Assembly (NCBI GenBank): GCA_024346625.1
Contig: AP024665.1
Coordinates: 1,922,001 to 1,986,000, forward strand
Direction of reading: 5' to 3'
Length of the DNA stretch: 64,000 bases
Origin: Williopsis jadinii
Taxonomy: Eukaryota
Under the pieces are notes generated by a model. It made no database searches and was not told the origin of the DNA. It saw only the letters and a list, made by a program, of their open reading frames with translations. Positions 1 to 10,778 of this stretch are shown here, one piece after another. Position 1 is the first letter of the stretch; every line of letters begins with the position of its first letter. A program made the position numbers and the translations under genes.

Positions 1-168
1 ATGCTATCTCTCTGTGAAGACAATGGGTATCTAACAACTCTGAAAGTTGCTGAGATAATTGGAAAGCTCAAGACAGATACAGCGATGGTCCAAGTCTATT
101 CACAGTTGACTGGTCTATCTCCAGCAGTTTTCGCCCATATGATCTTAACATCTTCTTTGGTTGATTAG
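1..168 (+). CDS. Possible 3' end of a gene entering from the left edge (…AHMILTSSLVD*)
   Basis: Frame 1 is open from base 1 to TAG at 166-168 (55 codons). No recognisable motif. Confidence 0.25.
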   Translation: MLSLCEDNGYLTTLKVAEIIGKLKTDTAMVQVYSQLTGLSPAVFAHMILTSSLVD

Positions 169-557
169 TTCATGGGAAGTTCCAGAACGATTACTACCAG
201 GGCTTGCTATGGAACGAGAATGTTAACCAATTGCACTCCAAGTTGCACATACAAATATAACTACCGTTACTACTTCATTAGCTTTCACACAGGGAATCTC
301 TCAATGAGTAATGTACGATTCTGTAGCGAGGTCGAAAATTCGTGCTGAAATCTCCATTCAGTTTCCACCCACGGAGTGGTGAATAATGGAATCAAGCTGT
401 TACACTCTGGATCAACACGTCAATTCAATAGTCAATGCTATCACCAGGAGCACTACGTTGTCACTGCACGTGTACAACCCTCTTGACACCACCAGGGCAC
501 ACGACAGTCGCTTGATGTAAGCACCATCTAGCGCAGTTGTTAAATCTGCAAAAAAAA

Positions 558-628
558 TGCGCGAGCCCGGAGTCGAACCGGGGGCTCCAAGATGGCAACT
601 TGGAATTTTACCGCTAAACCACTCGCGC
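558..628 (-). tRNA. tRNA-Gly (GCC), intronless
   Basis: Reverse complement GCGCGAGTGGTTTAGCGGTAAAATTCCAAGTTGCCATCTTGGAGCCCCCGGTTCGACTCCGGGCTCGCGCA: cloverleaf, GCC anticodon, A/B boxes, oligo-T terminator at 550-557. Confidence 0.97.
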
Positions 629-705
629 TTCTTGTTGATTTGTGAAAGTTCTACGTCTTTATACTGTCAGATACGACAAAGAGTAGAACTTATTGTAGTT
701 TCTGC

Positions 706-1370
706 TGTTGTAACGACTGTACATTGGGTTGTTGACTCTGAGGCCGCTGTCTGAGCCCTGGGTCTGAGGTTTATACTGAGCTTGCGTTCTGTTACGGTGA
801 ACTTGATCTTCGGATGAAAACTAATCTGATTAACTTCCTTATGAGAGAGCCTTCTCCTGTTAACAGCACTGCCTGTCTTTTTACTCTTTCTTCCAAATCA
901 GCATTCTCAACTAGAATGTCTAAGAATTGCCTACGCGTCGTCTTGATCAGTCCTGAACCCATGCGTTTGCCACCGTGTATCAACTATTATCACTCTTATT
1001 GCTCTCATTTCCCTTATTGCTGTTCATCGACATTACGTAGTCTACTCTGTAACCCGTAATCCGATCTTGGATCCTCACATGTGTGTGTCAGAGCTAACAT
1101 TACCAGATGATTACCTGCTGAGACCAATGCTACACAGGCGAAGAAGAAGTACGCGGAGATATTGGAAGAGATGAGCTGAGAGAATGAAGGACGCAGAGAA
1201 GAATAAACAAGAGAGGAACCAGGACGACAGACAACAAGAGAGCGAGCAATCAGGATCAGAAGGGTGTATGATGAAGATAAGATGTGTATATTGGAAACAA
1301 GGATTAGTGTAGGAGACTGGTCATTGTTGAAATGCCAGGTTTCCCTGTCGGAAGTCAACGATTGGTAGCG
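706..1370. mobile_element. Possible degenerate LTR-retrotransposon remnant(s) upstream of tRNA-Gly
   Basis: Non-coding DNA 5' of a tRNA gene; TGTT…AACA-like ends (706/730 to 1099; TGTTGACT 730 / AGTCAACG 1353-1360); TGGTAGCG at 1363-1370 (complement of tRNA-iMet 3' end). No clean TSD, no gag/pol. Confidence 0.25.
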
Positions 1371-1728
1371 TTTCGTGACTAGGAGTCATTGTGAACAAAG
1401 TCTCAAAGTAAAAGGTATGATAGAAGAATGCAAGCAGGACCCCAGCATTGACAGGTTATCTAGCATCAACAGAAATACGTGGAACATACCTGGGAGAATC
1501 ACTTCAGGGTTTGCGGACAGCGTTGATTGAATCCATAGCTATGATTCAAGCACGGAAGTGGTGGTAAAAACACCATGTTCAAGTACAAAAAGTATCATCA
1601 GTCCAATAGTGGCATACAGCGCAGAGATGTGCCACTATTCATACTGCAATGCTGTGTCATAGCCATTCTGGATAACTCTAATCTCTTTTATTGAGCAATA
1701 AATAGGGCTCGAAGCACACGTCATGGCT

Positions 1729-3069
1729 TCATTTTGTCTTTGCATCTTCGAGGAGAGATTCAGAACTGTCTTCGAAAGTTGATTCGCTTGATGCTTGCAT
1801 CTCTGCAATCTCAGCACGTAATCTTTGAACCTCCTTCTCCATCTTCTTTCCGTAGTAATCAACATAATAAGTAGCTCCGTTATAGCTTGCCACGAAGAAT
1901 ATAAAAGTCAGGAAAAGTGCCGCAAGGTACTTGAATCTAAACCATATTGGACAGATACTCATCGTCAAGAGCTGATAGCCATATTGGATGAAAGTGAAAG
2001 CAACAACTGGGAATGGATCAGGCAACGAGTTCACGAATCTTCCGAGAATGGTATTCGCAAAGCTCTTACGGAGCCACTCGAAACTGGTTGCTCTTCCAGC
2101 TTTGATCTTTGCAGCTCGTTTCAAAGTGATGAAGTAATGATATGCGCTTTGCCAAATGAGGTAGTACAACGACGTCCACAACAGGCCCGAGAAAAAGTGC
2201 CAACGGGTAACTTTCGCAGCACCAGGGAACCTCTCCAGCTTGTACTCTTCTGTCAGCATGTGTGTGATGACAAACACAACAACTGGCGGGGTGACATGGA
2301 TAAAGGAAGACGTGAACTTGTCCACAGAGTGTAACACCAACGAATTACGCCACGTGACAACTGCCCATGACAGCGTGCCGAATGTGAAGGCAAAGCACAC
2401 AATGAACAGGTGCTGTGATTGAGGTGCCAGCCAGATAAACGCACACAGCAAACCGTTCACGTAGTAGCACAGGTCCGCTAAAAAGTACTGGTAGGATCTC
2501 TTCCAGTACGTGTAGAATCTGATGGGCATCAGCGTCACAACGAGCGCGGTGTAGAACACGTGGAAGTACTCAGGGTAGTGTCCGAGAATGAAGCCTCCGG
2601 CAAACAAGAAGTAAATGGCAGCAGAGTAGAACAGCTTCTCAAACTCAGACGCGTAGAATACCCTGCTCAGCCTCTTGTCGAACTTCTCCACTCGCTCGTT
2701 CAGTTTCTTCCTCAGTGCCTCCGTATCCTTCAGTTCCTGGTAGTACTTCTTACCCTTGTTACTCGTCTCCACTTTCAGCTTGTTGTACGTGCTGATGCCT
2801 TGCTTCTTCACCTTGTTGTACTTCTTCGAGATGGTGCTTGTGGTGTTCTGAATCGTGCTCATGGGGTCCAGAAGGTCAAAGAATGTGACCTTCTCCAATG
2901 GCAGGTAGTCCATCGAGGTTGTATACAGTGGGTTTGTCGCATGGAGCAACGGCGAGCCTGAGGGTGTGGTGTGCGTTGACGAGTGTCTTCTCTGCGTGGG
3001 ACTCAACGGAGGAACCTGGTCCTCCTGCTTCCCAGGGCTATCGTTCACAGCTTCTGCCATATCCGTCAT
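1729..3069 (-). CDS. GPC1: Glycerophosphocholine acyltransferase (DUF2838 membrane protein), 446 aa
   Basis: Motifs YFLADLCYYVN, WRNSLVLHSVDK, GRATSFEWLR, YNGATYY; multiple TM helices. ATG at 3069 (track start is TTG). Confidence 0.88.
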   Translation of the reverse strand: MTDMAEAVNDSPGKQEDQVPPLSPTQRRHSSTHTTPSGSPLLHATNPLYTTSMDYLPLEKVTFFDLLDPMSTIQNTTSTISKKYNKVKKQGISTYNKLKVETSNKGKKYYQELKDTEALRKKLNERVEKFDKRLSRVFYASEFEKLFYSAAIYFLFAGGFILGHYPEYFHVFYTALVVTLMPIRFYTYWKRSYQYFLADLCYYVNGLLCAFIWLAPQSQHLFIVCFAFTFGTLSWAVVTWRNSLVLHSVDKFTSSFIHVTPPVVVFVITHMLTEEYKLERFPGAAKVTRWHFFSGLLWTSLYYLIWQSAYHYFITLKRAAKIKAGRATSFEWLRKSFANTILGRFVNSLPDPFPVVAFTFIQYGYQLLTMSICPIWFRFKYLAALFLTFIFFVASYNGATYYVDYYGKKMEKEVQRLRAEIAEMQASSESTFEDSSESLLEDAKTK

Positions 3070-3321
3070 CAATCAACAGCGTGGTGTATGTTGTAGTTGC
3101 TTATGTCCCTTGACACATAAACCGGAAGAACTTAGGGTTTTCTCTCTTGGGGAGGAGGGACATTTGCGGACATTTACAACGGGACATGTCCCGGCTCACG
3201 GATCACATGCACTTTCGATCCTGCTTGGGTGGCGGTTACCGCCACCATCAGTGACCACTACTGTTCGCTCAACATCAAAACCACTTTTAGATACTTAAAT
3301 ACAAAACACGCATACGCACGC

Positions 3322-4992
3322 TCACATCTGGTGAGGTCTGATCTCGGTGCTTGCAGTCTCAGACCTCTTCTCATTACTGTCCTTGAAGTCCAAGGTGATG
3401 GAGGTATCGACGAGCCCGTCCGACTCCATGCGATCCTTCTTGATCTGCTCCATCACTATGGCATGCGCTCTCCATGGCTTGTGCATAAAGAGCTGGTCCA
3501 TGTACTCCATTGGGATGTTCTTGGTCTCTGGGTACAGGAGGTAGAATATCGGCAGACACACTGTCATACAGGAGGCGAAGAAGAAGAAGATGCCGTAGTC
3601 CATGGCGTTTATCATCTGGTTGGTGAATCTGGCAATGATAAAAGCCCAGAACCAGTTTGACGCTGCGTTGACCGCAGACGAGGCGTTTCTCACAGAGGTT
3701 GGGAACACCTCTGCGTTCCAAACCCATGGGGTACCAGACCATGACAGAGCGTATCCGATGGTCCAGATGTAGAACAACGCCAGCGCAGCACGGCCACCGC
3801 CGTCGATTTGGGAGTTGCCTGAGCTGATACGAGCAGTTGGATCAGCAACTTTGATGTATGCGCCAATGTACCAGAAACATAGCGAACACAGGACGAGGCC
3901 GAATATCAGACAAGGACGACGACCGAATCTATCGACGACGCACACCGACCAGACGAGGCAGAAGACACCTTTCAGGATACCGAAAACACCTGTTGATAGC
4001 AGAGAGGACTCAACAGAGTCGATACCCATGGCCTGGAAGATCTTTGGCGAGTAGTAGTTCACAGCGTTCACGGCAACGGTGTTCTGGATGATGAACGTGG
4101 ATGTCGACAGCCCAAGACGGTGCATCAAGCTCTTAGACGTCAACAATCCCTTAACAGGGTCGAAGATACCGGTTCCAACTTCACGCGCCTTTTGAGCCAT
4201 CTCCTGTTCTATGATGTCGAATTCGTACTGTAGATACTCGTCATCAGCAGGCAGCTTCCTCAAAAGGCACAGGTTGGCCAGCGCCTGGTCACGTCTCCCC
4301 ACAGACATCAACCATCTTGGGGACTCGACTAACGACCACAGCACAAGGGCAAGCACACCGGCAGGCAGGATTTGGATGCCCACCGGGATCATCCACTGCT
4401 TGTTGTCGTCTGAGGAGTAATGGACACTCGTGGCATAGTTGATCCAGAAACCAATGACACCGCCAATCTGCCACGCAATCTCATAGAAACCAATGAGCTG
4501 GCCTCGGATAGAAGGCGGTGCAATCTCTGCGGCGTACATAGGTGCAACGTTACTGACAGTGCCTATTCCAACACCTGTGAGCACACGGCCAGCGTACATG
4601 GCTCCCAGCCCGGAACTCGAATTGGACGCCAGCTGGATAGCAGAACCAACGATCAAAACAACGGTGGCCACGGCGAGCGACAGCTTCCTACCGAACTTAG
4701 CCGCCACAGGGTAGGTGCCCAGGGCGCCAAAGAACGCCCCGGCCTGGAACAGGGAGATGATGATCTCCGTGGTGTTAGTCTTGTCGTGCGTGGACATCGT
4801 GTCCAGGCCGAACTCTCTCTGGAACGAGGCAAGCGACACCGCACCACCGATGAAGCCGGCATCGTAGCCAATGATGACCGCAACCCACGACGCTATGATG
4901 GCATTCCAGTAGATTCTCTTGTTGTAGATGCACTTGGGCGTTGGCCGAGTTTCATGTCTCTGAAATAGCGAGAAGTATGACTTCCACGACAT
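3322..4992 (-). CDS. MFS sugar-porter family transporter, quinate permease (QutD)-like, 556 aa
   Basis: About 12 TM segments; GYDAGFIGG, AEIAPPSIRG, ESPRWL, VDRFGRR, PETK motifs; N-terminus resembles fungal quinate permeases. Confidence 0.88.
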   Translation of the reverse strand: MSWKSYFSLFQRHETRPTPKCIYNKRIYWNAIIASWVAVIIGYDAGFIGGAVSLASFQREFGLDTMSTHDKTNTTEIIISLFQAGAFFGALGTYPVAAKFGRKLSLAVATVVLIVGSAIQLASNSSSGLGAMYAGRVLTGVGIGTVSNVAPMYAAEIAPPSIRGQLIGFYEIAWQIGGVIGFWINYATSVHYSSDDNKQWMIPVGIQILPAGVLALVLWSLVESPRWLMSVGRRDQALANLCLLRKLPADDEYLQYEFDIIEQEMAQKAREVGTGIFDPVKGLLTSKSLMHRLGLSTSTFIIQNTVAVNAVNYYSPKIFQAMGIDSVESSLLSTGVFGILKGVFCLVWSVCVVDRFGRRPCLIFGLVLCSLCFWYIGAYIKVADPTARISSGNSQIDGGGRAALALFYIWTIGYALSWSGTPWVWNAEVFPTSVRNASSAVNAASNWFWAFIIARFTNQMINAMDYGIFFFFASCMTVCLPIFYLLYPETKNIPMEYMDQLFMHKPWRAHAIVMEQIKKDRMESDGLVDTSITLDFKDSNEKRSETASTEIRPHQM

Positions 4993-5215
4993 CGCTTCTC
5001 GATGGTCTCTGCTGTAACTGCGGACAAAAAAAAGGACAAAAGCACGCTTGGTGATAGCTTAGCAGTACGACACAGAGGAGCTTCCAGCCAATCAGGTGCG
5101 TATATAGAAGCTTGGTCAAGCGGTTCTTGGTGATGGGGTTTTAGGTTTGGGGAATGAGTCCGACGAAGGGCGGAGAGACAAAATTTTCTCTCTGTGTCCC
5201 TCCGCCGTGGCTGTC

Positions 5216-5227
5216 CCCCACAAAAAT
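5216..5227 (-). promoter_or_regulatory. Mig1/CreA-type glucose-repression site upstream of the transporter
   Basis: ATTTTTGTGGGG on the minus strand (AT box + SYGGGG), about 225 bp upstream of the transporter ATG. Confidence 0.4.
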
Positions 5228-6146
5228 CAGACGAGTGTGATGAAAAATTTGGCCGTCGAATGGGAACGGTGGTCTATCATTGGTTGGTGAAATTCGCCCT
5301 GTACTGCCCCCCCTTGAGCGCCCGTGATGGCCAACGACATTTGACACAAAGAGTAGAACAGGACGTGGAACGGTTTGATCTTCGAGGGACACGCATACAC
5401 GTCTTGTGCTGTGCATGTGCCAGGGAGTTGTGTCTGATATTTTTAGGCGTGGAAACTGTGTATTGCCTTCCATGGTCTAACCGCTGCTACCCGTTGTCAT
5501 GCCGGGGTTCGGTTAATTTATGTTGGTGTCCGTACAGTTCTTCTTTGACAGCTGTGTATATCTCTCTCTGTAGGTAGCTAGCTTTGGCACTCCCTATACT
5601 GTGCTGTGATAGTGTCCTCTTGTTGCCAGCCGAACCGAGAGGCCCGGTGTGGTCCCCTCTGGAGCATGTGTAAGGGCTTGAGCGGTGTGTGTGGGAGAGG
5701 GTGCTTCGGTTGCGCTGTCCACCACCGGCGACGCAGGTGCTGGCCATCTAGCCATGTGACCATGTGGCCATGTGACCAGACATAGAGCTGGCCAACCATC
5801 CTGGAGACACAGACGCACAATAGAGTTCGAAAGACACCGCTTGTCCCATAAGATAACACCGACTTTAGGTACTAGCCCTATCTCTCAACTTCCGCTTCGC
5901 TCGCTTCCTTTGACAGGCTGGAGCCAAAAAATATCTTGCCGATCTCTTGCATGTGATACCGACTTTGCGGGCTGTCCCAACCACCGAAGACACGAATTCG
6001 GAATGTTCCGAAAACGCGGTGACCGGAAACTGAAAAATCATCAACATGAGGAAAAAGGCCAACGAGCCCTGGGTCCATTCGCCTTGAGAAGAGACAAGCA
6101 ACGTGCTCATCATCAAGGGTGCTCTTTCCGTATTTATACACAGACC

Positions 6147-7335
6147 ATGTCCTTCGTCGACCAGCTGCCTCACGAGCTGAGAGAGGATGTGCTAAGAGTC
6201 TCACGTGCGTTCCCTTTCCTCCCTTTGTCGTACACTGAGACGTATTCCAACTAACCTCTTGCACACAGAGAACAACGCCGAGGTGCTAGCAGTCCTTGAG
6301 AAGGTATACGAGTACGCCCTCCAGGACGATGCCAGCAAACGGCGTCGATTGGCTGTTGGGCCAGCCGACGACGGCAAGCTTGACCCCAACACGGTCGTCT
6401 TCGAGCTAGCAGACTTGTCGTTCGTGTCTCCACTGCGCAAGAAGCTGAACTTGGTGGTGTCGATCAACAGATCGACCCAGAAGCCCATGATATCCTTGTT
6501 CAAGCAAGGCAGCGACCACAGCGAATGGACACTGAACGACACGAGCGGTGCCAACATTCGCTTCGCCACGCTGCTACCCTCAAGGGAGAAGCACCAGAAC
6601 CAGTACCTCGTGATCTTCTACCGAGAGGGCTCCTCCTCCAAGGACAGCGACCCGATGGTGTGCACCTTCACGACATCGTCGCTGGTGCAGCAGCTACAGC
6701 AGTCGGGCAAGCTGAAGAACGGGCAGGAGCTTCAGGAGCTCCTGTCACGCCAGTTTCTGCTGACGGGCTTCAAGCTCCAGCATGCCTTCACGCACAAGTC
6801 GTTCCACGTGCAAGCACACAGGGGCACCAAAGAGGGCGTGCTGTACTTCCTGGCTAACCACATCCTCTTTGGCTTCAAGAAGCCCATCTTGCTGTTCGAG
6901 TCGCACGAGATCGGATCCATCCAGTACTCGAACATCACACGGATCACGTTCAGCGTCACGTTGATTCTGACCACCGGCGAACGGGTAGAGTTCAGCATGA
7001 TCGACCAGGAGGAGTTCGGTGCGATTGACTCGTACGTCAAGGGAAGACAGGTTACAGACATGAGCATGAGCGACGAGCTGAAGGCCAAACCACTGAAGGG
7101 AGCCTCCCAGGGTGGTGAGCTGGACAGAGCTGAAGAGGAGGCCGTGGACGTTGGTCACGAGGAGGAGGACGAAGAGGAGGAGGACGAGGACTACACAGGT
7201 GGCAATGCCGAGATCGACGACACGAGCGACGTCTCCGGGGATGAGGATGATGATGATGAAGAGGATGACGAGGATGACGAGGATGAGGATGACGAGGAAG
7301 ACAGGGAAATCGAGCTCAACAGTGATGACGATTGA
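6147..7335 (+). CDS. RTT106: Histone chaperone Rtt106; exons 6147-6204 and 6269-7335, 374 aa
   Basis: Motifs AHRGTKEGVLYFL, FGFKKPILLF, ITRITF, EFSMIDQ; acidic tail. The 64-nt intron (GTGCGT…AACTAAC…CAG) joins MSFVDQLPHELREDVLRVS in frame. Near RIO2/SSB as in S. cerevisiae. Confidence 0.92.
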
Positions 7336-7739
7336 CCTGTTTTGGTACTTGGCCGTGGATGCCGAGGCCCGTCCTATTTAGAAAGCTTTCAAACACCGAG
7401 GGATACATCTGATTGCATGGAAAAAGGCATTTGGTGCGGTTGAGTTTCACCTTATTATGCAATTTGCCTCTGGACTAGACAACCACCGGCTTTCACAGTT
7501 TTTGAAAAGAAAGAACAAGCCCCCTTCGTGGATGTGTCTGGCTATAGGGGGTCGATGATCAATGGCCACAGGACTATTGCGGACCCAGTTTCAGGAACAC
7601 ATTTTTCTCCTGTCGGAGCCGCACGTTGCCTGAATGTCGACGTTGGCTACATCTATAAATATGGAGTGATCTAACCCCCTTTTTTGTAGACTTGATTCGT
7701 CACGGAAGGGATATTAATTGCAATTTTACGACAGTGATA

Positions 7740-8345
7740 ATGTCAGCTAGAGATTACTACAGCGGCTCTGAGGGCCAGAGCGACAACTATAACCAACAGC
7801 AGGGTGGCTACAACCAACAGCAAGGTGGCTACAACCAACAAGAAGGCCAACAACAAGGTGGCGATGGTGAAAGAGGTTTGTTCACGGATCTTGCTGGTGC
7901 CGCTGCCGGTGGTTACGCTGGTGGCAAGATCAGCGGAAACCACAGTACACTGGGTAAGATTGGTGGTGCTGTAGCTGGTGCGTTTGTTGCTCACAAGGCT
8001 AGTGACAAATGGGACGAGCACAAGCAACAGCAGCAGCAGTTTGGTGGCCAAGGCCAAGGTCACCATGGGGGAAGAGAACAAGGTGGCAGAAATGGTCCTC
8101 CAGGTGGTGGATTTGGCGGTCCAGGAGGCCCAGGAGGCCCACCACCACCAGGTGGATTTGGAGGTCCAGGAGGTCCAGGAGGTCCAGGAGGCCCAGGAGG
8201 CCCAGGCGGCTTTGGCGGTCAACAAGGTGGCTTTGGTGGTCAACAAGGAGGCTTCGGTGGTCAGCAAGGAGGTTTTGGTGGTCAACAAGGTGGTTATGGT
8301 GGTCAACAAGGTGGCTACGGTGGTCAACAAGGTGGAAGATGGTAA
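7740..8345 (+). CDS. YNL208W-like Gly/Gln-rich glycine-zipper protein, copy A, 201 aa
   Basis: MSARDYY…GERGLFTDLAGAAAGGYAGGKISGNHSTLGKIGGAVAGAFVAHK…GGRW matches the recalled YNL208W layout; syntenic with RIO2/SSB; TATAAAT at 7654. Confidence 0.88.
   Translation: MSARDYYSGSEGQSDNYNQQQGGYNQQQGGYNQQEGQQQGGDGERGLFTDLAGAAAGGYAGGKISGNHSTLGKIGGAVAGAFVAHKASDKWDEHKQQQQQFGGQGQGHHGGREQGGRNGPPGGGFGGPGGPGGPPPPGGFGGPGGPGGPGGPGGPGGFGGQQGGFGGQQGGFGGQQGGFGGQQGGYGGQQGGYGGQQGGRW
8113..8336 (+). repeat. Coding tandem repeats (GGP)n and 21-bp (GGQQGGF/Y)n
   Basis: ggtccagga/ggcccagga units followed by about six ggtggtcaacaaggtggcttt-like units. Confidence 0.85.
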
Positions 8346-9241
8346 TGATCTTGCATAGTTAATGAACGAATCGCAGATGTAAATTACAAATGAGATACAC
8401 GAAACCGTACATAAGCTACAACAACAATAAAGTGCTTGCTGTACATCATTGATATTTTCATGTGCTTAGTTGGAGGAATTGTACACTGTAGATTGTCAGT
8501 ACTGTATTATTCGAGTACGCTGTGTAATGGGGTCCGACTAACTAAAATCCCCACCTCCGTCTATTTTTAGAAGAGCGCACTGACACTTGAGATCCGCCTT
8601 GTGATCCTAGATTAAAGATTCTAGATTAAAGCCCGAAATCACAGCCCATGGGCTACCATGTCACTGCCATAATACCAGTGATGATCACAGACCACATACT
8701 ATGATCATGTACGTAATTGGGAGCTGGAGGTGAAGCACCATGTTGCCAATTTGTCTCCTCTCCCTGGGAACCACTCGGTTAACAGAATACAAGATCATGC
8801 ATGAAAAGGCAGTTTGTCCCGACGCGGATCAACAGTAACCCTCACTTTTGGATCGTCATGAAGTACAGTTAATGGATCAGTAACCGCCTAATGAGATCAT
8901 TTCAGCTTATTGTTTGAGCATTGTGTCGGATTGGGTTTATAATCGTCATTAACCTGCACCATTATCCATCATATTCCCCTTCATGACGTTTACCTTTCGT
9001 TGACAACAGGAGCTACAACCAGTTGCAAAGCCTTGACAATGCACTGTGACCAACTGCTCGGCTGTACTGGAAGCTTAACCGCCTCTACAGTCCACATTCT
9101 ATCCGAGACTTGGCTCACGCTTTGACCAGATTATATATAAAGGGGATCCAAGGCTCCGATATACCATTTGAGACTATGGCTTTCCCTCCATTCCTAGAAT
9201 AGGCCAGAAGTCTAGGAAGTATTCAGCTGAAACAAAATATA

Positions 9242-9733
9242 ATGTCTGCTAGAGACTATTACTCCCCTGCTAATTCTCAGAGCTACGGGTATAACAACAA
9301 CAAAGACTACAATCAGTACAATAACAGTCAATACAGCAACAGTCAATACAGCAACCAGCAAGGCTATAACCAGGGCCAAGGTCAAGAACAGACAGGTGAA
9401 AAGGGGATTATAACAGACCTTGCGGGTGCTGCAGTTGGAGGATACGCCGGCAATAAGTTAAGCGGTGGAAACTCTACCATGGGTAAGATCGGTGGTGCGC
9501 TAGTTGGTGCAGTTATAGCACACAAAGTGAGTAATAAACTAGATAGCCACAGGTACGGTGTTCATGGCCATGGTGGCCACGGACATGGTGGATCCGGTGG
9601 ATATCGTGATCCATTTGAAGGAGGACCTTCACCTGGCCCGCCAGGCGGAACATTTGGCGGGCCAGGTGGATTTGGAGGTCCTGGAGGTCCTGGAGGACAC
9701 CACGGGCCTGGAGGGCATGGACCCAGATGGTGA
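9242..9733 (+). CDS. YNL208W-like protein, copy B, 163 aa
   Basis: Same MSARDYY start, GEKGIITDLAGAAVGGYAGNKLSG core and RW end as copy A; TATATATAAA at 9132. Confidence 0.85.
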   Translation: MSARDYYSPANSQSYGYNNNKDYNQYNNSQYSNSQYSNQQGYNQGQGQEQTGEKGIITDLAGAAVGGYAGNKLSGGNSTMGKIGGALVGAVIAHKVSNKLDSHRYGVHGHGGHGHGGSGGYRDPFEGGPSPGPPGGTFGGPGGFGGPGGPGGHHGPGGHGPRW

Positions 9734-10778
9734 GTTCATGAACATGATCCAAAGCAAACGGTATAGTTGATTATGTAAAGCGGAGATTGATCTTTTAGTT
9801 AAGTATTGTAAAAACTGAGAACGGTAGTGTATTCCTTATTGATTAAAGTATGGACAGTGCTCTCCAGCTGCCAGCTAAAGAGGAGTTCAGAGCTCCCTGC
9901 CTTTCATTATACTGACAGACAGCATGTAACTGCAGTATAGGCGCTTCTGACGGAGGGACAAGTGCTGAACAAGAATCACTGAGAGAAAAGCGAAGTTGTT
10001 CAGTTTGATGAGTCCATTACCGTATCTCATATTTACAATGATCAAATATGTACACTCCAAGTTCACGCTAGAATGCACAACGCCCACCAATCTAAGGTCG
10101 AGCTGACGATGTTATAGTACTACCTATCACTTAAGGTTAGGCTCACGCTATACAATCTCCGTGGTGCTTGCAACCAGGACATGCACGGTATATCCACTTC
10201 TGTCCCGTCTACTAACCCTCTCCTATATCCACATCTCAACATTCTGGGGACGACCATCACACTCCCACGGACCTACAACAAGGCCAGACTCGTATAGAGG
10301 CCTCTGCGAAACTAATTAAAATCCTGATGAGTCTGCCTGCATGCATGTAAGATCCAGACGATCAAATTTACGAACGAACCTTTAGCAGGTGCTAATTAAT
10401 CAGTGTTGCATCCATGGATACGTTGTTCTTTGGCATCCAGGTTCATTCGAAAGGGGAAACACCTTGCAAGAAAGCAGATCAAGGGGAATATTCACCTGAT
10501 TGAACCTTATCACTAATAGAAAGGTTGGTTTGTCAAACCCCAAGTTTTGCTGTAAAAGCCGAAAAGAACAGAAAACGTATCATACCTTATGCAGCACGTC
10601 ATTGTCTGCCCACACTATCCGTCGATTTGTATGCAGTTGTTGTTTGAAGTTTGGAGGACCAAAGTCAGAAAGTTAGGTGGCATTGGTCTATATAAAGAAC
10701 AGATGTTGCAAATATTTCCCTGCTGAAGCTCGTGCTGATGCCATTGTCCAAAAGATTCGAACTGAAAGTAATAAAGAG

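Noticed and set aside
557..754. 65-aa ORF MREPGVEPG…
   Set aside because: It is the antisense reading of tRNA-Gly.
5141..6264. Several 70-160-aa ORFs in the transporter/RTT106 divergent promoter
   Set aside because: Overlapping, no motifs or codon bias; only 6147-6204 is coding.
7743..8362. Alternative-frame and antisense ORFs over the Gly-rich gene (also 10665-11180 and 11906-12277)
   Set aside because: Shadows of coding tandem repeats that lack stops.
8607..8631. Direct repeat CTAGATTAAAG x2
   Set aside because: Small local duplication with no other support.
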